From positions 1 to 57,775 of the IMG/VR virus record IMGVR_UViG_3300031654_000003: a stretch of 57,775 nt of DNA. One strand, written 5' to 3'. Positions within the stretch are counted from its first letter, which is position 1. Each line of letters begins with the position of its first letter. The DNA comes from a virus (lineage: Duplodnaviria; Caudoviricetes). Positions 26,574 through 35,400 of this stretch are shown piece by piece. Under the pieces are notes generated by a model. The model ran no database searches. It saw only the letters and a program-made list of their open reading frames with translations, and was not told the DNA's origin. Position numbers and translations under genes: made by a program.

Positions 26574-27215
26574 ATGTCATTGATGGCTAAAAGAGAAGAA
26601 AATCAGCAATTTCCACCGATTGAAGGTGGAACATATCAGGCAGTATGTTATTCGGTAATTGATTTCGGCACACAACACAATGATTATTACGATAAGGACA
26701 TGCGCCAAGTCTGTATAACATGGGAAATTCCAGAACTACGAATACAGATTGAAAGAAATGGGGAAAAACTGAATTTGCCACGGGCAATCTCCAAAACATA
26801 TACCTTATCTCTTGGTGAAAAATCTCATTTATATAGAGATTTAGTTGCTTGGCGAGGCAGGGAATTTACACAAAATGAACTAATTGGATTTGATATTCTT
26901 ACGGTCATAAGAGCAAACTGTATTCTGCAAATTATCAATACGACAAAGGGCGATAAAACATACGCCAATATAGCAGCAGTTGCAAAAATAATGTTCAACA
27001 TGAGAAAACTTGAACCCGAAAATCCCATCGCTATATTTTCAATGGCAGATGGACTTGAAATACCACAGGACATACCTGATTGGCAAAAAGATATAATCCG
27101 TAAATCCAGAGAATATCAAGCTGTCCAGAATGCCAAAAGTAATCCTGCTCTAAAAAAAGCTCAAGAAGATTATGCTTCCGAACCAGAATTAGATAACGAT
27201 GATATTCCCTTTTGA
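26574..27215 (+). CDS. ssDNA-binding-like protein
   Basis: GTYQAVC..VIDFGTQ...YTLSL.EKS.L; acidic DDIPF tail; follows exonuclease. Confidence 0.7.
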   Translation: MSLMAKREENQQFPPIEGGTYQAVCYSVIDFGTQHNDYYDKDMRQVCITWEIPELRIQIERNGEKLNLPRAISKTYTLSLGEKSHLYRDLVAWRGREFTQNELIGFDILTVIRANCILQIINTTKGDKTYANIAAVAKIMFNMRKLEPENPIAIFSMADGLEIPQDIPDWQKDIIRKSREYQAVQNAKSNPALKKAQEDYASEPELDNDDIPF

Positions 27216-27229
27216 CACAGAAATAAAAA

Positions 27230-27688
27230 ATGTTGGAGCTACACGGAATAGTCAAGGACGGCAGGCTCTTGTTTCCCATCAGCCAGATAGAATTAAGAAC
27301 GCGATTGCTGGCTTCTATGAAGAACGGAACAAGAGTAATAGAGACTCTACGGCGTGAAGGTAGGTTTAAATCATATAGTCAAGTTAAAGCCCATTGGGGT
27401 CTTGTAGTTGAAATGATTAGGCAAAGAATGATTGAACTTGGCTGGGATATATGTGGCGTAGCCCCTAATAAACAAATGATACATGAAATATTAACTTTAG
27501 CTTGTGCTGGGGTAGGTGATAGTGGAGAGATTGTAAGACTTAGCGAACAAACCTCTGTGCAATCAAGTCAATGCTTTGAGAATTGCAGGGCATGGGCGGC
27601 TACACAATTAAATCTTGATATACCCGATCCAGACCCCCGATGGAGAGAAGTCAAGGATGGAACCAGCAAGCAGAACCATACATTATGA
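27230..27688 (+). CDS. NinB/Orf-like recombination accessory protein
   Basis: KSYSQ...WG.V...IHE.L...AWAA..L.LDIPDP. Confidence 0.55.
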   Translation: MLELHGIVKDGRLLFPISQIELRTRLLASMKNGTRVIETLRREGRFKSYSQVKAHWGLVVEMIRQRMIELGWDICGVAPNKQMIHEILTLACAGVGDSGEIVRLSEQTSVQSSQCFENCRAWAATQLNLDIPDPDPRWREVKDGTSKQNHTL

Positions 27689-28115
27689 ATGGCGAAACAA
27701 GCCAGAAAAATGCACTATCGGCGGCAAAACCTGCGAGTTCAAAAGCCAGATAGAGCGTAAATGGGCTTTATATCTGCAATATCTCCACGATTTAGGTGCA
27801 ATAGATGGATGGGAATATGAGCCAAAAACATTTCATTTCAAAGAACGCTATGGGATGAAGCATCAATATACTCCCGATTTTATTGTAGCAGAGGACGGCG
27901 AAATTATTTATCACGAAGTCAAGACTTCTTTGCGGCAAAAAGATATTAGTAGATTCCGCCGATTAGTAATGGATTTTCCAGAAACAAAGATGGTTCTTAT
28001 CCTACCGAATGACGCCAAAAATATGAAACAGAAATTGTTAAAGCAACAAGCCTTAAAATATATAGAACGAATTGCCTATTGCAATCCATTATTCAAGAAA
28101 TTCAGCATAAAGTAA
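27657..28115 (+). CDS. PD-(D/E)XK endonuclease (DUF1064/resolvase-like)
   Basis: FKSQIE..WA, WEYEP, YTPDF, HEVK. Confidence 0.8.
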   Translation: MEPASRTIHYEWRNKPEKCTIGGKTCEFKSQIERKWALYLQYLHDLGAIDGWEYEPKTFHFKERYGMKHQYTPDFIVAEDGEIIYHEVKTSLRQKDISRFRRLVMDFPETKMVLILPNDAKNMKQKLLKQQALKYIERIAYCNPLFKKFSIK

Positions 28116-28139
28116 ACGGGTCGAGGCAAGGAAGTATTT

Positions 28140-28409
28140 ATGAGCAAGGATGCCGAAACAGTTGAGCTTGTATGCGAAGGAGAGGGCGGGTACGACCTTA
28201 AAATCAGTTATGTTACTGATAGCATACTTATAAGTTTAGTAAATAGGTCCAAAGAAGATGATAATGCCGCTTCAATATTTGATTTTGAAACAGCCGAAAA
28301 AGCAGCTAACTTTATACTGAATGTTTGCAAAACTCATGCTAAAAAAACTAAATATCATTTCAAAGCCCGCCAAAGCGATAGGGCGGTACATGGAAAGAAT
28401 ATCCGATGA
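28140..28409 (+). CDS. Hypothetical protein
   Basis: AAGGA SD. Confidence 0.5.
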   Translation: MSKDAETVELVCEGEGGYDLKISYVTDSILISLVNRSKEDDNAASIFDFETAEKAANFILNVCKTHAKKTKYHFKARQSDRAVHGKNIR

Positions 28410-28789
28410 ACGAAAACGTGATTAAATTATTAAAATTAGCAAAATACCAAATGGGTATTAGAACAATGAAATTTTTTATTGACCAAGCACTTGCCGAACT
28501 CCAAAAAGGAATTTCTAACGGGACTGAGCCGAGCGAGTTTACAAAAATACAAAGAATAGCCATACAACAATGTGTTGATGCTTATGAAACTACTGAATGG
28601 TTGCCTATTGGTGTACTTCGTCTTGAAGAAGCCTGTGATATTATCGACCGCCAAAAGCAGAGAATAGCAGAACTGGAAGGCGAACAGGATAACTTAAAGG
28701 AAATATACGATAAGTTGCATATAGACTTTGTTAATCGAGGATTAAAAATTCAAGAACTGGAGTCAGAAAATGCCAAAGACAAAGGATGA
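28406..28789 (+). CDS. Hypothetical coiled-coil protein
   Basis: Coupled ORF; RIAELE heptads. Confidence 0.55.
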   Translation: MNENVIKLLKLAKYQMGIRTMKFFIDQALAELQKGISNGTEPSEFTKIQRIAIQQCVDAYETTEWLPIGVLRLEEACDIIDRQKQRIAELEGEQDNLKEIYDKLHIDFVNRGLKIQELESENAKDKG

Positions 28790-29138
28790 TAGAATCCAAA
28801 AAGTGCTGGAAATATTAAATTTGCCAGCAGAAGAACAATTAACTTGGGTAGCATTAAATAATAATATTATACAGATTGATGTTTGGGAATGGGATGGTGT
28901 AAATAATATTGTTATACCAATTGAGATTAATTGGCGCATTCTTGCCGACCTTGCGTTCAGGATGAGGGATGAAGCATGTTCAAGAGATTCTATTTATTGG
29001 GAAAAAGCTGTTTATAAAGTTTATCAAAAGTCATTTACAAGAGAATATGATAATGTGTTTTTGTGGATGACAGAATTTGCTCAGCCGATTCACTGGATTT
29101 GTGCCTCAATAATCGCAGAGATTCTGAATGAAAAATAA
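28770..29138 (+). CDS. Hypothetical protein
   Basis: GGAG SD; LADLAFRMRDEA...AQPIHWI. Confidence 0.6.
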   Translation: MPKTKDDRIQKVLEILNLPAEEQLTWVALNNNIIQIDVWEWDGVNNIVIPIEINWRILADLAFRMRDEACSRDSIYWEKAVYKVYQKSFTREYDNVFLWMTEFAQPIHWICASIIAEILNEK

Positions 29139-29364
29139 AATACTATCCGTTATGATATTGTTGCTTCTATCAGGCTGTCAATACTGGTATAATCCTTCTG
29201 TAAAGCTGGAGAACGCAAAAAAGGACTATAAGTTATCTGCCCAGACAGACGACCTTGAATACTCGATGTTTCTCAAAGGCTATAAGAAAGTCGAGCCACC
29301 GAAAGAGGCCAGAAAAGACTGGCTGTTAATCGGCCTTAAAATTGTGCCTGTGGCGGGAGAATAA
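29128..29364 (+). CDS. Small lipoprotein
   Basis: Signal peptide with LLLSGC lipobox. Confidence 0.7.
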   Translation: MKNKILSVMILLLLSGCQYWYNPSVKLENAKKDYKLSAQTDDLEYSMFLKGYKKVEPPKEARKDWLLIGLKIVPVAGE

Positions 29365-29390
29365 AAGCGCCCGAATAAATCGAGCGCTTT
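29363..29390. terminator. Hairpin at convergence of the two transcription arms
   Basis: AAAGCGCCCGA-ATAAA-TCGAGCGCTTT. Confidence 0.6.
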
Positions 29391-29418
29391 CCAGAGGAAT
29401 AAAATGTGTAGAAAACAA

Positions 29419-29508
29419 TTATTTGCAGCCACCGCGTTTTAGGCCGCCACGTTTTTTGCTGGGCCTTGGGCTTCTTTTTCTCGGCCCGCGTTTGTCTCTA
29501 TCTGGCAT
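29419..29508 (-). CDS. 29-aa basic peptide (DUF5320-like)
   Basis: MPDRDKRGPRKRSPRPSKKRGGLKRGGCK with AAGGAG SD. Confidence 0.65.
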   Translation of the reverse strand: MPDRDKRGPRKRSPRPSKKRGGLKRGGCK

Positions 29509-29522
29509 TGCTTACTCCTTTC

Positions 29523-29720
29523 TTACCAGCAGATATGTCCTATTATAACACCTGCAATGAACGGAACAAACCAGCCATAGTCGTGACTTTCCATTATGTT
29601 TCTTAAAAACTGTGATATTGTCGGGTACTTTTTTTTGCGATCCAACCAAATATCAATAATAATAACTGCGATAACAATTGCTATGCAAATCCATTTTGTA
29701 GTTGTCATTTTCTTCCCCAA
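29523..29720 (-). CDS. Two-TM membrane protein (holin-like)
   Basis: Two hydrophobic segments; end of late operon. Confidence 0.55.
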   Translation of the reverse strand: MGKKMTTTKWICIAIVIAVIIIDIWLDRKKKYPTISQFLRNIMESHDYGWFVPFIAGVIIGHICW

Positions 29721-29781
29721 TAAAGGCGGCCAGAGCCATTAAAGTTTATTTATATATTGTGGTTATTTTCTTCGCTGGCTT

Positions 29782-29988
29782 CTAACCGCCACTTTCTTTC
29801 GGCTTGCTCAATTCAACGAGAATATCAGCCTTAGCTCTTTCAATTTCGTTAAAAGTATCTTCCGGCCCGAAAACCTCTATCCATGCCTTTATACCAAGTT
29901 CTATAATATTTTCTCGGATAGAGTCGATAGCCTCATCTCTTTTGTGAATCCAGCGTGTGATTTCTCGACTGCATGGACAATCACTCAT
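29782..29988 (-). CDS. Hypothetical protein
   Basis: Coupled ORF. Confidence 0.5.
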   Translation of the reverse strand: MSDCPCSREITRWIHKRDEAIDSIRENIIELGIKAWIEVFGPEDTFNEIERAKADILVELSKPKESGG

Positions 29989-30248
29989 GGTTCTTTTATC
30001 AATCCTTCCTGTATGCAGAGCATTTCGCAGTTTACAAAATAATCGTATCTGCCAGGGCTAATAAGAATCATCCTTGTATTTACGGTCACTGGCTGATTAG
30101 GCTCAATAATCAACACCCTCTTTTCGGAGCTTATCACGTAAACCTGCGATTGTTTTTGACAGCCGCTCACGCTCACAATAAATGCCGTCAAGAGTATCAG
30201 TTTGATTAAGAGCCAATGCCTGAATATGCTTTTCTTTAAGCTGCGCAT
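29985..30248 (-). CDS. o-spanin-like lipoprotein
   Basis: LILLTAFIVSVSGC lipobox; overlaps upstream gene out of frame. Confidence 0.55.
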   Translation of the reverse strand: MRSLKKSIFRHWLLIKLILLTAFIVSVSGCQKQSQVYVISSEKRVLIIEPNQPVTVNTRMILISPGRYDYFVNCEMLCIQEGLIKEP

Positions 30249-30387
30249 CTTTTTCCTTTGCTTCGTACAGGTCATTTTTTAACTTTAGAATCTGGGCGGT
30301 TTTCCCTGTCTTGTTTTTAAGATACCAGAGAATAATATTGCCAAGGACAGATACAGCCAAGGCTATGTAACCTATTGCCGCAAGCAT
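30103..30387 (-). CDS. i-spanin-like protein
   Basis: N-terminal TM then coiled coil; Rz/Rz1-like overlap. Confidence 0.55.
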   Translation of the reverse strand: MLAAIGYIALAVSVLGNIILWYLKNKTGKTAQILKLKNDLYEAKEKDAQLKEKHIQALALNQTDTLDGIYCERERLSKTIAGLRDKLRKEGVDY

Positions 30388-30391
30388 TTAA

Positions 30392-30577
30392 CTATTCCGG
30401 TATTTCCAGTTCAACACCGAAAACCTTTGCCATCATTTCAATACCCCAGTCATCCCACTTGTTGTCGGTTTTAAGTGCCTGATTGTAGAGTTCCTGCAAA
30501 AGCTTTTTCAGGCCGGCCTTGAAAGCATCTACCATCTGAGGACTCATCTGCTTTAGTAATGTAAGTAACCAAGTCAT
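30392..30577 (-). CDS. Small amphipathic lysis-module protein
   Basis: ALKTDNKWDD motif; AAGGA SD. Confidence 0.6.
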   Translation of the reverse strand: MTWLLTLLKQMSPQMVDAFKAGLKKLLQELYNQALKTDNKWDDWGIEMMAKVFGVELEIPE

Positions 30578-30579
30578 AA

Positions 30580-30855
30580 CTATTCCTTTCTATTTGGATT
30601 GCCATTATTTTTGATTAAATTCTTTACTTCATTCAAATCGTTTTTTAGCTCCATGTGACGGTTTTCCGCTCTTTGTTCTGAATCTTTTATATATAACCTT
30701 AATTGTTTATGGTCTCGCTCGTTAGTTTCTCTAACTATACTACAAAGATTATTTCCCACTCTGGTTTTTGAAGTCCATATAATGACTCCAACCAAAATAG
30801 AAAACATTCCGCCTAACGAACTTAACAATACCGCCAAGTCAATTTGTGCTAACAT
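30580..30855 (-). CDS. Single-TM coiled-coil protein (holin/XhlA-like)
   Basis: TM segment then heptad repeats. Confidence 0.55.
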   Translation of the reverse strand: MLAQIDLAVLLSSLGGMFSILVGVIIWTSKTRVGNNLCSIVRETNERDHKQLRLYIKDSEQRAENRHMELKNDLNEVKNLIKNNGNPNRKE

Positions 30856-30894
30856 TACTTTCCCTTCACCATAAAAGTTGTCCTTTCTGTTTAA

Positions 30895-32187
30895 TTAGAA
30901 ATAGTGCCAGTCTTTAAGCTTTGAAATTTTCTTCTTAGCTAACCGAAAGACATCCGTTCTGAACTGCATATCGGGAACCTTAATTTTCTCGATTCGCTTA
31001 TAGATATCTTTCTCAAGCTCATCCAAAGTTTTAGCTTTGCCTGTAACCTCTGCCACAACTCCGTCAACACCAGCGGTTACTAACTTGTCATCTTCGTACT
31101 TGGCATCCAAAAGCCAGATATGGTCAAGACTGTTTATCCGTATTGGTTTATTGGCAGACTTGGCTACCCCATCATCATTCGGATACGGCGGGATAGAAAC
31201 ACGAACCGCTCCGAGATAATCATAACTCGGCTTTAGCTCTGGAATCTCACCTGAAGCCAGTTCCGAAAAGAACTGACCAATCTCCATATTCAAGCCCTCA
31301 CACAAGGCGTACAGGGCTGAATAACCTGTTCTGGCTGTGTACTCAAGAAAGTAGGGCAGCTTGTCCTTTTCAGAGATAATTGTGTTTATATCTAAAGGCC
31401 CATTGTATTTGTACCGTTTCAGGAACGATTCCATCATCTTTAATGTCAACCTGTAAATTGTGGCCGTTGTAGGCTCCGTCCTCTTGGCCCATTTGTTCGG
31501 GGCTTTTTCCGGCCAGAACCATACGGTTGAAGAAGTACAGCCGGTATTAGGTCCATAGTCGCCATCGAGGAACCGTTTTGTCTCCAAAGTTGAATTTATA
31601 CTGTTCGGTACAAGCTCACCGTTTACATACCAAGCCTCAGTTGATATTTCTACGCCCTCAATTTTTTCCTGAAGGACGAAATCAATCTTTGCCGTCCAGG
31701 TCTTAGAGAAATACTCCAGCATTTCCGCAAGGTCTTCCTGGTCGTCCGGGACATAGGTAAAGGCCGGTGATTTGTTGTCCTGTGGTTTAAAGACCCATAG
31801 TTTCTCGGATTTATTTACGAAATCTATGGCCTTATCAAAAGAGCTAAACCTCTCCCATTTCGGCATCTTTATCCCGCATAGATTCGCCAATTTCATTCCG
31901 AAATCGCGTTTTAACTCCATTGTATCGTTGAGCCTGCCAGCACCATAAACCTTAAAACCGCTCTTTTTAATCTGGTCTGCTAAAGCTCCCTGGCCGACCA
32001 TGTCGAAAATACAAATAGTATCTTTAGTCAGTTTTGAGGTCGGAGAATCTATGCGGGTCAATATTCCCTTGTAACTATCCTGAGCATTCTTTTTCTTTAT
32101 AAAGAAATCGCAGGAATGACCTTCATTGGCTATTCGATACAAAAGTGCTAAAGCATCGCCTGAACTTGAGATAAGTCTGAATTTCAT
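30895..32187 (-). CDS. PurD-like ATP-grasp ligase
   Basis: ELKRDFG, WVFKP, VLQEKIEGVEIS, ETKRFLDGDYGPNTG, FLEYTARTGY, MQFRTD. Confidence 0.85.
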   Translation of the reverse strand: MKFRLISSSGDALALLYRIANEGHSCDFFIKKKNAQDSYKGILTRIDSPTSKLTKDTICIFDMVGQGALADQIKKSGFKVYGAGRLNDTMELKRDFGMKLANLCGIKMPKWERFSSFDKAIDFVNKSEKLWVFKPQDNKSPAFTYVPDDQEDLAEMLEYFSKTWTAKIDFVLQEKIEGVEISTEAWYVNGELVPNSINSTLETKRFLDGDYGPNTGCTSSTVWFWPEKAPNKWAKRTEPTTATIYRLTLKMMESFLKRYKYNGPLDINTIISEKDKLPYFLEYTARTGYSALYALCEGLNMEIGQFFSELASGEIPELKPSYDYLGAVRVSIPPYPNDDGVAKSANKPIRINSLDHIWLLDAKYEDDKLVTAGVDGVVAEVTGKAKTLDELEKDIYKRIEKIKVPDMQFRTDVFRLAKKKISKLKDWHYF

Positions 32188-32216
32188 TTGACTTTAGTTA
32201 TTAAAATAGATATGCT
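32188..32216 (+). promoter_or_regulatory. Promoter of antisense moron gene
   Basis: TTGACT-N17-TATGCT, 9 nt before ATG. Confidence 0.65.
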
Positions 32217-32225
32217 CTAATTTAT

Positions 32226-32477
32226 ATGAGAACTGCAAAAATTATATTTTGGGTACTTGTTATACTTATTGGAATTGAATCCCTTAATTTTATAATTCGT
32301 TATTTTGTTTTTAGTCCAGAATCTGCAATTCAATGGTTCTTAAGTGAATGGAAAATAGGTTATGGAATGGCACTTTGCTTAGGTATACCAACCATTATAA
32401 TCTGCTTTGTTTCATGGCTACTTGATTACCGCAAAAAATGTCATTTCCAAAAAATGATGAATAAAAATAAATCTTAG
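32226..32477 (+). CDS. Two-TM membrane protein, antisense moron
   Basis: AT-rich, own promoter, fills gap between two late genes. Confidence 0.65.
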   Translation: MRTAKIIFWVLVILIGIESLNFIIRYFVFSPESAIQWFLSEWKIGYGMALCLGIPTIIICFVSWLLDYRKKCHFQKMMNKNKS

Positions 32478-35400
32478 TCCTCCCGACCGACAATTTCAAT
32501 TCTCTCTTTCTCCAAGGCTTCCATGAGATCTTTTAATGTATATCCTTCTTTTTTGAGATGATCCATGAACTTTAACTTTTCACTTTTGGGCATTGTTTTC
32601 CAGTAATAATTCAAAGGCACAACAAACTGCATAATCCTGTCGGATGCGCCCTGAGACGTTGTATATCTTTGAGTTTTTATCATGGTTTCAACTGCCGATT
32701 TGAAATCTCCCTTTTGAAGCAGTTCATCAATCTCCTGGTCGGTTTTTTCTTTTTCATAACCGAGTTCCGCTCTGAAGTCCCACATCATCTGCGTAAACTT
32801 ACCACCTGGTGCACCACGTCTTATCCATGTTCCGGTAAAAGGCATAACCCATTCGGGCCAGGTTGGAACATATCCAGGCCGACCTGCCCATACGCTTGAA
32901 GGTGTAATACCCTTAATAAAGTATGAGGCTCTTTCCTTTATGGCTTCTAATGGCGGTGTTCCTTTGCGGCTTATCTGTTTATGCTGCCAGGCACTATAGT
33001 TAAATAAAACCTCAAAGGAATGTTTGAGCATGGGTTCAAGTTTATTGTAAAGAGTTTTGCCCGGCTCAGTAGTCCAGCCGATATAATCACGAATGTAGCG
33101 AAAGAATGGAGCTACGACATATATCCTTTGCCCCTTATTGTTATCCAGTCCCGTATCAACATCGTACCAATGCCCCTTTTCGTTCTGGAATGTAAGATGT
33201 AATGGTTCGGGTTTGCCTTTGATTGTCTTTCGCTTTTTGAGTGCGTTAGTTGCAGTCAGAAATCCTAATTGTGCGAGATTTGAAAAAAAGAGTAGTCCGA
33301 ATATGCCCTTTAGAAGATGCTTTGTAAAGTCTTTACCTATCCGCTTTTGCTCCTCTCTTGGCAGGGATTTCATACCCAAACCCTTTTTGCCATAAGTGGC
33401 AGCCTTAACGACCATATCAATATTTGAAAAAGTCCAGTTCCGGGCAAAAAAGACAATAGAGCCAGCTTCACGCTGGAATTTTGTAAACCATGTATGAGGC
33501 AAGGTTCCCAAGAGTGTATTTATATAATGAGCAGCAACTTTATCAACTTGGTCTTGAATCCATTTCGGCTGCTCTTTTGCTATTCTCTTCGTAAGAAATT
33601 CAAATAGACCCAACTGGGCATTTCTTACCGTCCCTTGCCATAAATGTTCATCCGACCATTCTTCTAACTTATTGAGTGGCTTAAATATTTCTTTCCAAGT
33701 AGCAGATTCACCCATTGCTTTACGCAATTCCTGAGCTATGCCATAACCAGATTGCAATTGAAGCCCTGCACTAACCGCCCTTTCGGCCAATTCATCTTTG
33801 CTCTTATAGAGAACCTTTCCCCTTTTTTGCACAGAGATTAATTTGTATGGATTAAAATTGACCTCATCAAAAACATCAGACCAGATATTCCAACTATGGA
33901 TAAGCGGGTTATACATAATCAATCGCTTTATCCGACCACGAATCGACATATATCCCCTTGTTAGCTGACCTCGACTTACCCAGGGGGAGAAAGCATCATT
34001 TAGAATTTTAGCAACTTCAGGGTCAGCTTTCGCTGGCATACTTATGAGCATTGGTTTCTCTGCCGCTTCACCAACATAAAGAAATCTTTGAAGGCCGGGA
34101 ACATTAACCCACTGATATTCATTTTCCCATACTTTAAGTTTCTCTGGCTTGCGGGGTCTGCCCATAATTAGAGGCATACCATCTTCTCGCTCCATATTCT
34201 TAAGAAGCTCTATCAAATTACGATTCGCTATTGTTTTATAAAGCTGATACTTATAGACGGCATTCTTTAGGATAGGGTCTGTAATCGGGTGAAGTCCTGC
34301 TGATTCTGCCTCATCCATAGTCTTGAAAACTCTTTGTTTACCAAAGCGGAACCGTTTACCCAGCTTGCCGCCTTGTGGGTAAAGTGTCCGCATAAGACGT
34401 GTCTGGCTATCCTTATATAAATGCGGAGTATAATCTTCTACCCAGGATTGTAAGATTCCTTCCTTCTTTGCGAGGTTCTTCATCTCCTCATAGTCGGCCT
34501 TGAGGGCATTTCCGGCCTCTTTTACTTGGTCTGGAAGCTGGTCGAATTGTTCCTGATACTTTGCAGGATTATCCAAATATCTATCGACAATCTCTAACTG
34601 CTTCGATGTTGCAGGGACTTTCTTTAATGTCATTTTCGCCCAGTCTGCATACATCCCTGCCTTATTTGTTTCTGCTCTCCATTTTTCAATCGCTCCAAAC
34701 ACATCGGTAATAATGTCTCGCTCTGGCTCGTTGAGTTTAGCAAAGGCCGTTTTCATACGACTTGATAGTTCTTGAAATTCAGCAAGTGAGGGAATACGTG
34801 CAAATCCAGGTCTTACAACAGCAGCCTTTTTGATTTCCTTGATTTGCTCATTAACCTCATTTTCGACAGATGCAGGGACTTCATAAGCATTTGCTTGTGA
34901 TGAAGGCAAGGTTTCTGTAGGTACTTTTACGATTTCTTTTTCCCTTGCTCCTTCTGCTGGTTTTTCCTTAGCTTGCGGCATAGCTGCCAGAGCTTCTTGT
35001 GATTTTTTGTATTCTCCTAAAACATTTATGTTGCTTTCAACCTTGCCTTGTGGTATATTGACAATATGGCTAATTGCTTTTGTGCTAATTGTGGCAGGCT
35101 TGTTCATCGCCGCCCTTCTGTTTTCAAGGGCAATGGACGCACTTTCTGCTCCAACAGGTGTCGTGGTTTGTTCATAAGGCAAAGAAAGAATATCAAGTGT
35201 ACCACTTGTGGCAAGATTATCCAAAGAATTCCTTATAGACTTAAACGTTCTAAGTTTCAATTTTGTAGTCGCACTTGCTATATCCTTCATAAGAGAGTCG
35301 GCAGTATCGATTCTAAGGGATATGCTGCCATCTGCATTAACAAGAAAAGGTTCTTTATTCATAGACTTATCATGGAGGCTTATCTTGGTAGGAAACTTAA

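Noticed and set aside
30895-32187. purD as purine-biosynthesis auxiliary metabolic gene
   Set aside because: Lacks the N-terminal GSGGREHA motif and any purine pathway context; symbol withheld
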